Shown one piece after another: positions 32,038 to 44,649 of a stretch of 64,000 nucleotides of DNA (positions within the stretch are counted from its first letter, which is position 1; the number at the start of each line of letters is the position of its first letter). The notes beneath the pieces are model-generated. The model was not told the DNA's origin and made no database searches. It worked only from the letters and a program-made list of their open reading frames with translations. The stretch is taken from contig JAEWDP010000075.1 in NCBI GenBank assembly GCA_023390055.1, positions 19,821-83,820 of the forward strand, written 5' to 3'. A program made the position numbers and the translations under genes. Source of the DNA: Pseudomonadota bacterium (GTDB taxonomy: Bacteria; Pseudomonadota; Alphaproteobacteria; Rhizobiales; Rhizobiaceae).

Positions 32038-32381
32038 CCCCTTTTGCGCATGCCATCCGTGAACTGCGACGGCGTCGCGGTGTAACGCAGAAGGAACTTG
32101 CGCGTGCGATCGGTGTATCTCCAGCCTATCTTTCAGCACTCGAACACGGCCGTAAGGGTAAGCCAAGTTTTGATCTCCAGCAAAGGATTGCTGGCTATTT
32201 CAGCATAATCTGGGATGAAGCTGATGAACTGTATATGACGGCCGAGGCTTCACATCCGCGCATCGTCGTTGACACCACTGGCCTACCGCCGCAATACACG
32301 GCGTTCGCAAACCAGCTCGCGCGCGAGATTCGCACTTTGTCACCGGATGTGGTAGAGGCGATGCAGAAACTTCTGGACTAG
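32034..32381 (+). CDS. XRE-family helix-turn-helix protein
   Basis: 115 aa with HTH IRELRRRRGVTQKELARAIGVSPAYLSALEHGRKG. ATGA overlap with the Smr gene. Confidence 0.7.
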   Translation: MTPFAHAIRELRRRRGVTQKELARAIGVSPAYLSALEHGRKGKPSFDLQQRIAGYFSIIWDEADELYMTAEASHPRIVVDTTGLPPQYTAFANQLAREIRTLSPDVVEAMQKLLD

Positions 32382-32444
32382 CTCCGTTCGAAGCGACGTT
32401 TGTTGCGGAATCCCGTGATTTTAGGCCTTTTCGACGAGGCTTGA

Positions 32445-34976
<2,532 letters not shown>

Positions 34977-34984
34977 CGATCACG

Positions 34985-35000
34985 CGTTTCACGTGAATCA
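34985..35000. other. parS-like site (14/16), 9 nt after the gyrB stop
   Basis: CGTTTCACGTGAATCA. This is the left member of an inverted twin. Confidence 0.55.
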
Positions 35001-35010
35001 ACCGCATTTC

Positions 35011-35026
35011 TGATTCACGTGAAACA
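35011..35026. other. parS-like site (15/16), right member of the twin
   Basis: TGATTCACGTGAAACA, 10 bp from the previous site and in the opposite orientation. Confidence 0.7.
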
Positions 35027-35208
35027 TTGAACGCTTCTGAAATCAGTATCACTGAAGCTTTATTCCACTTCCACTTTTTCGCGCCCTCATGGAATGCAAG
35101 CAAGAAACGACGCGCATGAGATGCCCGCCGCATTCAACAGATAAACGGGGGTGACAACACGGCTTCCATCCTCCATAAGGCGCTTGTCAGACAAGTGGAG
35201 GCATATCC

Positions 35209-36051
35209 GTGAAACTTATGCGTGTTGGCCAGCCGGGCCAGGAAAAGCCGGCAATTCTCGGGGCAGACAACAAGGTCCGGGATCTGTCCCGACATGTCTC
35301 AGATATCGGTGGGGAAGCGATCACGCCAGAAGGCCTCGCCAAGATAGCTGCCCTCGATCATAACACACTTCCCGAATTGCAAGTTGACCGTATTGGGGCA
35401 TGTGTCGCGGGTACCGGTAAGTTCATTTGCATTGGCCTGAATTTTTCTGATCATGCAGCCGAAACCGGTGCGACCGTTCCCCCTGAACCAGTCATCTTCA
35501 TGAAAGCGACGTCAGCCATTTGCGGGCCGAATGACGATGTACATATTCCCCGGGGCTCTGAAAAGACCGACTGGGAAGTCGAGCTTGGTGTTGTTATCGG
35601 CAAGACTGCAAAATATGTATCGGAAGCGGATGCCATGGATTATGTCGCCGGCTACTGTGTTTCGCACGACGTCTCCGAACGCAGCTTTCAGACCGAGCGG
35701 GCCGGTCAATGGACGAAGGGCAAGTCGTGCGACACCTTCGGACCGATTGGTCCTTGGCTGGTTACAAAGGACGAGGTTGCAGACCCGCAAAATCTTGGCA
35801 TGTGGCTAAAAGTCAACGGCGAGACGATGCAGGATGGTTCCTCGCAGACCATGGTCTACGGTGTCGCATTCGTCGTTTCTTATCTCAGCCAGTTCATGTC
35901 CCTGCAGCCGGGCGATATTATTTCGACTGGGACGCCACCGGGTGTAGGCATGGGAATGAAGCCGCCGCGCTATCTGAGGGCAGGAGATGTTGTTGAGCTC
36001 GGAATTGAACGGCTCGGTAGCCAGCGCCAGGTCTTTGTTTCCGACCGGTGA
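35209..36051 (+). CDS. fumarylacetoacetate hydrolase (FAH) family protein
   Basis: 280 aa with the typical FAH-fold C-terminal pattern (VELGVVIGK..., ISTGTPPGVG). GTG start. Confidence 0.85.
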   Translation: MKLMRVGQPGQEKPAILGADNKVRDLSRHVSDIGGEAITPEGLAKIAALDHNTLPELQVDRIGACVAGTGKFICIGLNFSDHAAETGATVPPEPVIFMKATSAICGPNDDVHIPRGSEKTDWEVELGVVIGKTAKYVSEADAMDYVAGYCVSHDVSERSFQTERAGQWTKGKSCDTFGPIGPWLVTKDEVADPQNLGMWLKVNGETMQDGSSQTMVYGVAFVVSYLSQFMSLQPGDIISTGTPPGVGMGMKPPRYLRAGDVVELGIERLGSQRQVFVSDR

Positions 36052-36090
36052 TGAGCCTGTGGGCCGGTACCCAAAACGGATTTAGTTGTG

Positions 36091-36120
36091 ATTATGCCAG
36101 GCATTGGCGCCTGGCATAAT
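36091..36120 (+). terminator. strong hairpin downstream of the FAH-family gene (terminator or protein-binding palindrome)
   Basis: ATTATGCCAGGC / GCCTGGCATAAT form a 12-bp stem with a 6-nt loop. There is no clear U-tract after it. Confidence 0.35.
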
Positions 36121-36248
36121 ACCGATGAATGTTCCGACATTATGTTGCGCTGCAACGGAAACCTGCTAGCCTTCCCCATCGCCCCTGGACCCGAGTATCC
36201 GGACTAGTTTCCAGATGTCCACGGGACATGACCGAAGGTGGCCCGTCA

Positions 36249-37484
36249 ATGATTTACCAGATTTATGAGATGAACCATGCAGCTCTTGCTCCACTAAGGG
36301 CGGCTGCAGAAGCCATGCGGATCATCCAAACAACTCCCTTAAATCCATTATCTTATACCACGACCGGTCGCACTATGGTTGCGGGACTTGAACTGTTCGA
36401 GCGCATGACACGCCGTTACGGCAAGCCAGAATTTGGCTTGACTCGCACGATGATAGACGGAGAGCTCGTGGAGGTTGGGGAAGAGATCGTTTGGTCGAAG
36501 CCATTTTGTAATCTTGTTCATTTCAAGCGACACCTCCCATCTGATCGAAAACCGGATCAGAAACTAATGCTGGTTGCTCCGATGTCGGGGCATTTTGCGA
36601 CATTGTTGCGAGGCACCGTGGAAGCTCTCCTTCCGCACGCAGACGTCTATATTACAGACTGGACTGATGCACGTATCGTGCCCGTAATCGATGGTGGTTT
36701 TGGCCTCGACGACTACATTGATTACCTAATGGCCATGATTAGGCACATTGGGCCGGATGCGCATATCGTTGGGGTATGTCAACCGTCGGTTCCGGTACTT
36801 GCCGCTGTCGCCCTCATGGAAGCAACACGAGACCCGTCAACCCCTGCCTCGATGGTATTGATGGGTGGGCCGATCGACACGCGTAACAACCCGACCGCAG
36901 TCAATCTACTGGCCCAGCAAAAGCCACTTAGTTGGTTTCGCAATGTCATTGTGGACGTCCCATGGCCCAACCCAGGCTTCATGCGCCGCGTCTATCCAGG
37001 TTTCCTCCAGCTTTGTGGTTTTATGTCCATGAACCTCGATAGGCATATTTCGGCTCATGGCGACTATTTCCGGAATATGGTGAAAAATGATGGCGACCCT
37101 CTGGAGAAACATCGAGCATTCTATGACGAGTATCTTGCGGTTATGGACCTTACCGAGGAGTTCTATTTGCAGACAGTGGATGCTGTCTTCATTAGACATC
37201 TGCTGCCGAAGGGCCAGATGACTCATCGAGACATTGCAGTTGATACCAGGGCAGTCCGCAACGTCGCACTCTTGACGATCGAAGGCGAGAATGACGACAT
37301 TTCCGGCCTTGGTCAGACTGAGGCGGCGCATGCTATCTGTCCCAATATTCCTCAAGCAATGCGCATGCACTATATGCAGCCTGATGTTGGGCATTATGGT
37401 GTCTTCAACGGTTCGCGTTTCCGCAATGAAATCGCGCCCCGCATCCTTGAATTTGTGACCCGTCATGCGCGCGGATACCGTTAG
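36249..37484 (+). CDS. phaZ: intracellular polyhydroxyalkanoate (PHB) depolymerase PhaZ
   Basis: N-terminus MIYQIYEMNHAALAPLRAAAE, about 410 aa, and the C-terminal HYGVFNGSRFR pattern are typical of the intracellular PhaZ family. ATG 36249 preferred over 36129. Confidence 0.82.
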   Translation: MIYQIYEMNHAALAPLRAAAEAMRIIQTTPLNPLSYTTTGRTMVAGLELFERMTRRYGKPEFGLTRTMIDGELVEVGEEIVWSKPFCNLVHFKRHLPSDRKPDQKLMLVAPMSGHFATLLRGTVEALLPHADVYITDWTDARIVPVIDGGFGLDDYIDYLMAMIRHIGPDAHIVGVCQPSVPVLAAVALMEATRDPSTPASMVLMGGPIDTRNNPTAVNLLAQQKPLSWFRNVIVDVPWPNPGFMRRVYPGFLQLCGFMSMNLDRHISAHGDYFRNMVKNDGDPLEKHRAFYDEYLAVMDLTEEFYLQTVDAVFIRHLLPKGQMTHRDIAVDTRAVRNVALLTIEGENDDISGLGQTEAAHAICPNIPQAMRMHYMQPDVGHYGVFNGSRFRNEIAPRILEFVTRHARGYR

Positions 37485-37656
37485 GGTAGAAGATGTCGGT
37501 AAGAGTTGAAAGACGGCGGATGATCAAATTCCACGTGCTAAATCAGCGTCTTCATCAAAATCCTGGCTTTGGTTCTTGAAGCTCGGTCCGGGACTTACCA
37601 AATCGAATCCGACGGGCTTGCATGATGCTATCCCGTAGAACCGAAGGGTGTCACCG

Positions 37657-38079
37657 ATGAACCAGTCAGCATTGATACGTCCGGACTGGACGCCGGCCAC
37701 CATCGCACTGATGGTGCTGGGTTTCATAGTATTCTGGCCGCTTGGTCTTGCAATGCTAGCCTACATACTGTTTGGCGAGCGCCTACAAGGCTTGAAGCGA
37801 GATGCGAACCGCAGGGCGAACGGCATGTTTGCCGGGTGCCGACGTGCCAGATCACATTATGGCGTACATTTCCCCACGGGCAATGCCGCTTTTGACGATT
37901 GGCGCAAGGCCGAGCTTGATCGTATCGAGTCAGAACGGCGCAAACTTGATGAGATGCGCGAGGAGTTTGACGATTACATGCGTGAACTTCGTAGAGCGAA
38001 AGATCAGGAAGAGTTTGATCGTTTCATGCGCGAACGCAGGCATCGGTCGTCCGGTCCGAGTGAGCCAATTGATCCTTGA
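37657..38079 (+). CDS. DUF2852 family membrane protein
   Basis: A TM segment (ATIALMVLGFIVFWPLGLAMLAYILF) followed by a charged coiled region (FDDWRKAELDRIESERRKLDEMREEFDDYMRELRRAKDQEEFDRF). Family assignment is from memory. Confidence 0.6.
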   Translation: MNQSALIRPDWTPATIALMVLGFIVFWPLGLAMLAYILFGERLQGLKRDANRRANGMFAGCRRARSHYGVHFPTGNAAFDDWRKAELDRIESERRKLDEMREEFDDYMRELRRAKDQEEFDRFMRERRHRSSGPSEPIDP

Positions 38080-38094
38080 GAATTGGCGCAAAGC

Positions 38095-38128
38095 AACGAA
38101 ACCGGCGCTACAATACGGCGGTTTCGTT
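38095..38128 (+). terminator. terminator-like hairpin after the DUF2852 gene
   Basis: AACGAAACCG...CGGTTTCGTT forms a 10-bp stem. The T-rich run is part of the descending arm. Confidence 0.45.
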
Positions 38129-38164
38129 GGTGCGCATTGAGCGCGAATCACGTAGATAGGCCCT

Positions 38165-38929
38165 ATGTTTGCGCACCTCAAGAAGCCCATCCGCTCCTTC
38201 CCTAAGCAGCCTGCAACAGAAATGCGCACGCTTGAGATTGGTAACCGTGCGATGCCCCTGACCATCCGCGAACATCCTCGTTCCACCCGAATTACCTTGC
38301 GTATCGAACCTGGAGCGCGGCGTCTAAGTCTCACGGTACCGACTGGTCTTTCCCACGAAGAAATTGATGATTTTCTCAACCGTCATCAGGGGTGGCTGCT
38401 AACCAAGCTTGCCCGCTTTCCACAGGAAGATGCTGTGCTCGGCAGTGGTTCGATCCTGATGCTGCGTGGCATCGCCCATAAGATCGAGCACAGTGGACAG
38501 CTGCGGGGTGTTACCGAAGTCGTGACTGCTTGTGAAACACCCGTATTGAAGGTAAGTGGTCTTGAGGAACATATTGGTCGCCGGATTACTGCGTTCTTGA
38601 AGAAAGAGGCACGTTCCGACCTGGAGCTTGCGGTTGGTCGGCATGCTATCCATGTTCAAAAACCAGTAAAGTCGATCGCCATCAAGGATACTCGCAGTCG
38701 CTGGGGCTCTTGTTCCTGGGACGGCAATCTCAGTTTTTCATGGCGCATTATCATGGCTCCTCCCTTCGTTATTGATTATCTTGCAGCACACGAAGTCGCG
38801 CATCTCGACGAGATGAATCATGGACCAAAGTTCTGGGCTCTGTGTCGTCGGCTGTGCTCACGGACTGATGAAGCCAAGACCTGGCTCAGGAAGCATGGCT
38901 CACAACTTCATGCCGTATCATTTCGGTGA
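38165..38929 (+). CDS. M48-family / YgjP-like (DUF45) zinc metallopeptidase
   Basis: 254 aa with C-terminal HEXXH plus the downstream motif YLAAHEVAHLDEMNHGPKFW. Confidence 0.8.
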   Translation: MFAHLKKPIRSFPKQPATEMRTLEIGNRAMPLTIREHPRSTRITLRIEPGARRLSLTVPTGLSHEEIDDFLNRHQGWLLTKLARFPQEDAVLGSGSILMLRGIAHKIEHSGQLRGVTEVVTACETPVLKVSGLEEHIGRRITAFLKKEARSDLELAVGRHAIHVQKPVKSIAIKDTRSRWGSCSWDGNLSFSWRIIMAPPFVIDYLAAHEVAHLDEMNHGPKFWALCRRLCSRTDEAKTWLRKHGSQLHAVSFR

Positions 38930-39159
38930 TGAACGCGCCCAATTTCTCTCTTGTCTGCAGACAACAGCCGCAGAGAGAAAGGGCCAGGCTGCGAGGCAAA
39001 CGCATTGATCCGATACGGATAGACCCGGAGCTACGAGCATAAGCCGATCCAGCTCCAAGCAGTGAACGGCAAATGGGTTTTCGCCAAGCTGGTTGTGCGC
39101 CCCAAGGAAACGGCGCTTTTGTCTCGACTCTGCCATCAATTCATGCGAACTCGCAGGGC

Positions 39160-39816
39160 ATGAAACCGGATATCAAAATTTGTGGATTGAAGACCTCTGA
39201 AGCTATCGAACGGGCGGTGGCACGTGGCGCCTCCCATGTTGGCTTCATTTTCTTTCCCAAGAGCCCTCGTAATATCACGCCGGAAGTGGCTGCCGACCTT
39301 GCGCGTCCGGTGCGGGGAAAGGTGAAGATCGTTGCTGTTACTGTCAACGCGGATGATGAGGAGCTCGACGATATAGTCCAGTTTCTGAAGCCGGATCTCA
39401 TCCAGATGCATGGCGACGAGAGCCCCGAACGACTTCTTCACGTGCGAGCGCTCTATGGCGTTCCGGTGATGAAGGCTTTTTCCATCCGAGATGTATCAGA
39501 TCTCAGAAGAATCGATCCCTATATCGGGGTGGCTGACCGGTTTATCTTCGACGCCAAGGCGCCAGTTGGCTCGCAATTGCCTGGTGGAAATGGAGTACCC
39601 TTCGACTGGAGTATCATGGCCTCGCTTGACGACCACGTTGATTACATGCTTTCCGGAGGCTTGAACAAGGACAACGTTGGTCTAGCACTGGCATCTACTC
39701 GTGCGAGCGGAGTAGATGTCTCATCCGGGGTCGAAAGTGCTCCGGGTGTCAAGGATACAGAAATGATCGATGCGTTTTTTGATGCTATCGTGGCGAACCA
39801 ACCGGTTCGGACCTGA
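39160..39816 (+). CDS. trpF: phosphoribosylanthranilate isomerase
   Basis: [13 protein letters not shown]-terminus when started at ATG 39160. Gene order is trpF-trpB-trpA. Confidence 0.9.
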   Translation: MKPDIKICGLKTSEAIERAVARGASHVGFIFFPKSPRNITPEVAADLARPVRGKVKIVAVTVNADDEELDDIVQFLKPDLIQMHGDESPERLLHVRALYGVPVMKAFSIRDVSDLRRIDPYIGVADRFIFDAKAPVGSQLPGGNGVPFDWSIMASLDDHVDYMLSGGLNKDNVGLALASTRASGVDVSSGVESAPGVKDTEMIDAFFDAIVANQPVRT

Positions 39817-39826
39817 GGAGTTGAGA

Positions 39827-41044
39827 GTGAACCAGACGATACCAAATTCTTTGCGCTCCGGTCCGGATGAGGATGGTCGCTTCGGGATCTTCGGCGGCCG
39901 TTTCGTGGCTGAGACATTGATGCCTCTGATCCTTGATCTCGAAGCTGAATGGGAAAAAGCCAAGAACGATCCGGAATTTCAGCAAGAATTAGCGCATCTC
40001 GGCGCCCATTATATCGGTCGTCCAAGCCCTCTCTATTTTGCTGAACGGCTGACCGAACATCTCGGCGGCGCCAAGATCTACTTCAAACGTGAAGAACTCA
40101 ACCATACCGGGTCGCACAAGATAAATAACTGCATCGGTCAGATCTTGCTCGCCAAGCGCATGGGTAAGACCCGTATTATTGCTGAAACAGGTGCGGGCCA
40201 ACATGGGGTCGCATCGGCCACGGTTGCTGCCCGTTTCGGGATCCCTTGCGTTGTCTATATGGGCGCGACTGATGTCGAGCGGCAGGCTCCAAACGTCTTT
40301 CGCATGAAGCTCTTGGGCGCAGAGGTCAAGCCAGTGTCTGCGGGTCACGGTACCCTCAAGGACGCCATGAATGAAGCTCTACGTGATTGGGTAACCAATG
40401 TCGGAGATACCTACTATCTCATAGGCACAGCGGCCGGTCCGCACCCCTACCCGGAGATGGTCCGCGACTTCCAGGCAATCATAGGTCAGGAAACGCGCCA
40501 ACAGATTCTGGATGCAGAAGGTCGACTACCGGATCTTGTTGTTGCCGCGGTTGGTGGTGGATCTAATGCTATTGGCATCTTTCATCCCTTCCTAGACGAC
40601 GAAAGCGTTCGGCTAGTTGGTGTTGAAGCCGGCGGACACGGCCTCGATGGCGATCAGCATTGCGCCTCAATTACGGCTGGCTCGCCAGGGGTTCTTCACG
40701 GTAATCGTACTTACCTTCTGCAGGACGGAGATGGTCAAATTCTCGAAGGGCACTCGATTTCTGCTGGTCTAGATTATCCTGGAATTGGTCCGGAGCATAG
40801 CTGGCTAAATGATATCGGACGTGTTGAATACGTCCCGATTATGGACCAGGAGGCACTCGATGCTTTCCAGCTACTTACGCGCACCGAAGGTATAATTCCG
40901 GCATTGGAGCCAAGCCATGCAATCGCTGAAGTAATCAAGCGTGCGCCGAAAATGAGAAAGGAGCAGATCATCGTGATGAACCTTTCTGGCCGCGGAGACA
41001 AAGATATCTTTACCGTTGGCAAGTTTCTCGGATTGGGGCTTTGA
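39827..41044 (+). CDS. trpB: tryptophan synthase beta chain
   Basis: PLP-lysine motif HTGSHKINN and [11 protein letters not shown] 39827 has GAGGAG 7 nt upstream, and the track start 39770 overlaps trpF. Confidence 0.96.
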   Translation: MNQTIPNSLRSGPDEDGRFGIFGGRFVAETLMPLILDLEAEWEKAKNDPEFQQELAHLGAHYIGRPSPLYFAERLTEHLGGAKIYFKREELNHTGSHKINNCIGQILLAKRMGKTRIIAETGAGQHGVASATVAARFGIPCVVYMGATDVERQAPNVFRMKLLGAEVKPVSAGHGTLKDAMNEALRDWVTNVGDTYYLIGTAAGPHPYPEMVRDFQAIIGQETRQQILDAEGRLPDLVVAAVGGGSNAIGIFHPFLDDESVRLVGVEAGGHGLDGDQHCASITAGSPGVLHGNRTYLLQDGDGQILEGHSISAGLDYPGIGPEHSWLNDIGRVEYVPIMDQEALDAFQLLTRTEGIIPALEPSHAIAEVIKRAPKMRKEQIIVMNLSGRGDKDIFTVGKFLGLGL

Positions 41045-41045
41045 C

Positions 41046-41885
41046 ATGACTGCACGCATGGACAAGAAGTTTGCCGATTTAAAGGCCCAGGGTCGGCCGG
41101 CGCTCGTTACCTACTTTATGGGTGGTGATCCTGATTACGACACATCCCTCGCAATCATGAAAGAATTACCCGGCGCTGGTGCCGATATCATTGAACTCGG
41201 CGCTCCATTTTCTGATCCAATGGCTGACGGACCGGCCATTCAGACGGCTGGTCAACGCGCGCTGAAAAATGGTCATTCATTGAAAAAGACGCTCGATATG
41301 GCGCGGGAATTTCGTGAACATGACGATGTTACTCCGATCGTTATCATGGGCTACTACAACCCGATTTACATCTATGGTGTCGATCGTTTCCTGGAAGACG
41401 CATTTGAGGCCGGTATTGATGGGCTGATTGTCGTTGATTTGCCGGCAGAGATGGATGATGAACTATGCATTCCGGCGCGCAGGAAAGACCTCAACTTCAT
41501 TCGTCTGACGACGCCAACAACGGATGAAATGCGTTTACCCAAGGTTCTGAACAATTCGTCTGGTTTCGTATATTATGTTTCAATGACAGGTATTACAGGT
41601 TCTGCACTACCCGATACGGCGAAGATTGCCGATGCAGTTGATCGTATCAAGAAATCCACGGATCTCCCGGTCTGCGTTGGTTTCGGGGTGAAAACTGCCG
41701 AGCATGCGAAGCTCATCGGAGCAACAGCCGATGGCGTGGTCGTTGGAACTGCTATTGTCAACCAGATAGCAACCTCACTCGACGCGGAAGGGCGCGCGAC
41801 AGCAGATACGGTACAGTCAGTCGCGACATTCGTTCAGGGACTGGCGACGGGCGTCCGTTCAGCCCGCCTTGTTGCTGCCGAGTAG
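41046..41885 (+). CDS. trpA: tryptophan synthase alpha chain
   Basis: ATG 41046 lies directly after the trpB stop. Motifs [17 protein letters not shown] and [10 protein letters not shown]. Confidence 0.94.
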   Translation: MTARMDKKFADLKAQGRPALVTYFMGGDPDYDTSLAIMKELPGAGADIIELGAPFSDPMADGPAIQTAGQRALKNGHSLKKTLDMAREFREHDDVTPIVIMGYYNPIYIYGVDRFLEDAFEAGIDGLIVVDLPAEMDDELCIPARRKDLNFIRLTTPTTDEMRLPKVLNNSSGFVYYVSMTGITGSALPDTAKIADAVDRIKKSTDLPVCVGFGVKTAEHAKLIGATADGVVVGTAIVNQIATSLDAEGRATADTVQSVATFVQGLATGVRSARLVAAE

Positions 41886-41924
41886 ATTGCCCAGATTAGG
41901 TAAAGTTTATCAGGAGTACGCCAA

Positions 41925-42818
41925 GTGAACTGGATTACCAATTACGTTCGGCCGAGGATCAATTCGATGCTCGGTCGCCGTGAGGTTCCGGAAAACCTGT
42001 GGATCAAATGCCCGGAAACGGGAGAGATGGTCTTTCATAAGGATCTGGAGGATAACAAGTGGGTTATTCCGACTTCTGGATATCACATGAAGATGCCTGC
42101 GAAGGCACGGCTTACAGATCTTTTCGATGGTGGTGTTTACGAGGGATTTCCACAGCCAAAGGTTGCGCAAGATCCACTAAAATTCCGTGACTCCAAGAAG
42201 TATGTCGATCGACTTAGAGACAGCCGTCAAAAAACCGACCAGGAAGATACGATCCTCGCCGGTCTTGGCAACGTTCGTGGGGTCAAGCTAGTTGCGGTTG
42301 TCCACGAGTTCAATTTTATTGGTGGCTCACTTGGGATGGCTGCTGGCGAAGCAATTGTCAAAGCATGCGAGCGGGCAGTTGCTGAAAGGTGCCCACTCGT
42401 AATATTCCCGGCGTCTGGCGGCGCCCGTATGCAGGAAGGTATCCTGTCGTTGATGCAACTGCCTCGGACAACTGTCGCGGTCAACTTGCTGAAAGAAGCC
42501 GGGTTGCCCTACATTGTCGTGCTGACCAATCCAACCACCGGCGGTGTCACTGCTTCATATGCGATGCTCGGTGACGTACATATTGCGGAACCGGGCGCCG
42601 AAATAGGCTTCGCGGGGAAGCGCGTGATCGAACAGACGCTGCGCGAGAAGCTACCGGAAGGGTTCCAGACTGCGGAGTACCTTCTCGAACACGGTATGGT
42701 GGATATGGTAGTGGCCAGGCACGAGTTGCCAGACACATTAGCGACGCTTCTCAAGATTCTGACCAAGGCGCCGGCGAATGACGGCGACACAGTTCCGGCC
42801 CCAGCGGTAAGCGCGTAA
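41925..42818 (+). CDS. accD: acetyl-CoA carboxylase carboxyltransferase beta subunit
   Basis: [13 protein letters not shown]-terminus and motif [15 protein letters not shown] start with CAGGAG upstream. Confidence 0.93.
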   Translation: MNWITNYVRPRINSMLGRREVPENLWIKCPETGEMVFHKDLEDNKWVIPTSGYHMKMPAKARLTDLFDGGVYEGFPQPKVAQDPLKFRDSKKYVDRLRDSRQKTDQEDTILAGLGNVRGVKLVAVVHEFNFIGGSLGMAAGEAIVKACERAVAERCPLVIFPASGGARMQEGILSLMQLPRTTVAVNLLKEAGLPYIVVLTNPTTGGVTASYAMLGDVHIAEPGAEIGFAGKRVIEQTLREKLPEGFQTAEYLLEHGMVDMVVARHELPDTLATLLKILTKAPANDGDTVPAPAVSA

Positions 42819-42849
42819 CTATAGCGTCCTAATAAGTCGGAGCGGCGGC

Positions 42850-44202
42850 ATGAGCGCCACGAACAAGCCTGCGATCAGTGCGGCCGAACAGGAGATCGAA
42901 AAGCTAATGGCTCTTCATCCGAAGGGCTTTGATCTTTCCCTCGACCGGATCAGCAAACTTCTCGATTTGCTGGGAGCTCCTCACAGGAAACTCCCGCCGG
43001 TGATCCATATTGCTGGAACAAACGGAAAGGGATCTGCTTCGGCATTCTGCCGTGCGCTATTGGAGGCTGCCGGTCTTGCGGTTCATGTGCATACTTCACC
43101 CCATCTTGTAAACTGGCATGAGCGTTATCGGATTGGCGTCAAAGGCGGCCGCTCTCAATTTGTAAACGACGGACTTCTTGCCGATGCCCTACGCCGTGTT
43201 GCGGCGGCCAATGCAGGACAGATGATTACCGTCTTCGAAATTCTGACCGCTGTGACGTTTCTGCTGTTTTCCGAACAACCTGCAGATGCTGTTGTTCTCG
43301 AGGTCGGACTGGGCGGTCGTTTTGATGCGACCAATGTCATAGAAAACCCGGCCGTTTCCGTCATCATGCCAGTTTCTCTTGATCATCAACCCTACCTTGG
43401 CGATCGCGTCGAGCTGATCGCTGCCGAGAAGGCAGGTATCATGAAGCAAGGCTGTCCTGTCGTCGTTGGTCGCCAAGAGTATGAGTCAGCGCTGGATGTT
43501 CTTGTTGAGACGGCGGCGCGACTATCCTGCCCCCTTGCCGTCTATGGGCAGGACTTCTCTGCGTATGAGGAATTTGGGCGACTGATTTATCAGGATGAAT
43601 TCGAACTCGTGGACTTGCCGTTGCCGTGCTTGCGTGGTCGCCACCAGCTTGCGAATGCTGCCGCAGCAATCCGAGCCGTAAAGGCTGCAGGGTTTTTGCT
43701 GACGGATGCCATGATTGAAACTGCAATGACGAGTGTGGAGTGGCCGGGACGCTTGCAGCGGCTCGCCTCTGGTCGGCTACTTGAAGCCGTACCACCGGGA
43801 GCGGAAATCTGGATTGATGGTGGTCACAACCCTGGGGCTGGCGAAGTCATCGCGGAAGCCATGGCAGGATTGGAGGAAAGACTTCAGCGTCCGCTTTATC
43901 TCATCACCGGAATGATTAACACGAAAGAACCTGTCGGGTACTTCCGGGCGTTTGCAGATATTGCCGAACACGCGTTCACGGTTCCGATACGAGGATCGGA
44001 ATCTGGACTTGACCCTGTGGTGCTCGCCGAAGCTGCATTTGAAGCTGGCCTTGTGGCGGAGCCTGTCTCTTCGGTTACGGAGGCTTTGAGGCAGGTGGCT
44101 CGTCGTCAGGGATCCGAAGCGGTTCCGCCGAGGATCCTGATCGGCGGATCGCTTTATCTTGTCGGCGACGTTCTAGCGGATAACGGGACACCGCCCGAAT
44201 GA
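42850..44202 (+). CDS. folC: bifunctional folylpolyglutamate synthase / dihydrofolate synthase
   Basis: 450 aa with Mur-ligase P-loop AGTNGKGS. It follows accD, as in many proteobacteria. Confidence 0.9.
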   Translation: MSATNKPAISAAEQEIEKLMALHPKGFDLSLDRISKLLDLLGAPHRKLPPVIHIAGTNGKGSASAFCRALLEAAGLAVHVHTSPHLVNWHERYRIGVKGGRSQFVNDGLLADALRRVAAANAGQMITVFEILTAVTFLLFSEQPADAVVLEVGLGGRFDATNVIENPAVSVIMPVSLDHQPYLGDRVELIAAEKAGIMKQGCPVVVGRQEYESALDVLVETAARLSCPLAVYGQDFSAYEEFGRLIYQDEFELVDLPLPCLRGRHQLANAAAAIRAVKAAGFLLTDAMIETAMTSVEWPGRLQRLASGRLLEAVPPGAEIWIDGGHNPGAGEVIAEAMAGLEERLQRPLYLITGMINTKEPVGYFRAFADIAEHAFTVPIRGSESGLDPVVLAEAAFEAGLVAEPVSSVTEALRQVARRQGSEAVPPRILIGGSLYLVGDVLADNGTPPE

Positions 44203-44207
44203 AGGGA

Positions 44208-44238
44208 CAAAAAAGCCCGACGTTAGGGCCGGGCTTTG
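44208..44238 (-). terminator. rho-independent terminator of trxA (possibly bidirectional with folC)
   Basis: On the minus strand the stem AAAGCCCG/CGGGCTTT is followed by TTTTTTGT. Confidence 0.7.
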
Positions 44239-44257
44239 AATCGGGCGTCTTCCAAGC

Positions 44258-44578
44258 TTAGGCTGCCCCGGAAATCCAGGCTGAAAGAGCAGTTTTTGGA
44301 GCGGCGCCAACCTTGATATCAGCTACTTCACCGCCCTTGAAGATGGCAAGAGTGGGGATCGAACGGACGCCGAACTTAGCCGCCAACTCGGGATTCTCGT
44401 CAATATTCAGCTTGGCAACTTTGACCTTACCGGAAAGCTCATTGGAAATTTCCTCGAGGCTTGGCCCAATCATCTTGCAAGGACCGCACCACTCTGCCCA
44501 AAAGTCCACGACGACAGGCTCCGCGGCGTCCAGAACCTCAGATTGAAAATTGCTGTTATCAACTTTGACGGTAGCCAT
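44258..44578 (-). CDS. trxA: thioredoxin
   Basis: 106 aa with active site WCGPCK. Confidence 0.95.
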   Translation of the reverse strand: MATVKVDNSNFQSEVLDAAEPVVVDFWAEWCGPCKMIGPSLEEISNELSGKVKVAKLNIDENPELAAKFGVRSIPTLAIFKGGEVADIKVGAAPKTALSAWISGAA

Positions 44579-44649
44579 AGAGCTCTCCTTGGGAAGATTC
44601 GATTGTGCACAATGTGAGGCGGGAACAGCCTCATTTCAATAGCGCAATG

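Noticed and set aside
38930-39159. Possible trp leader peptide or attenuator upstream of trpF, including the 73-aa ORF at 38918-39139 on the minus strand.
   Set aside because: There is no short ORF with tandem Trp codons and no terminator/antiterminator pair. In Rhizobiales attenuation is associated with trpE(G), not trpFBA. The minus-strand ORF has no motif or start context.
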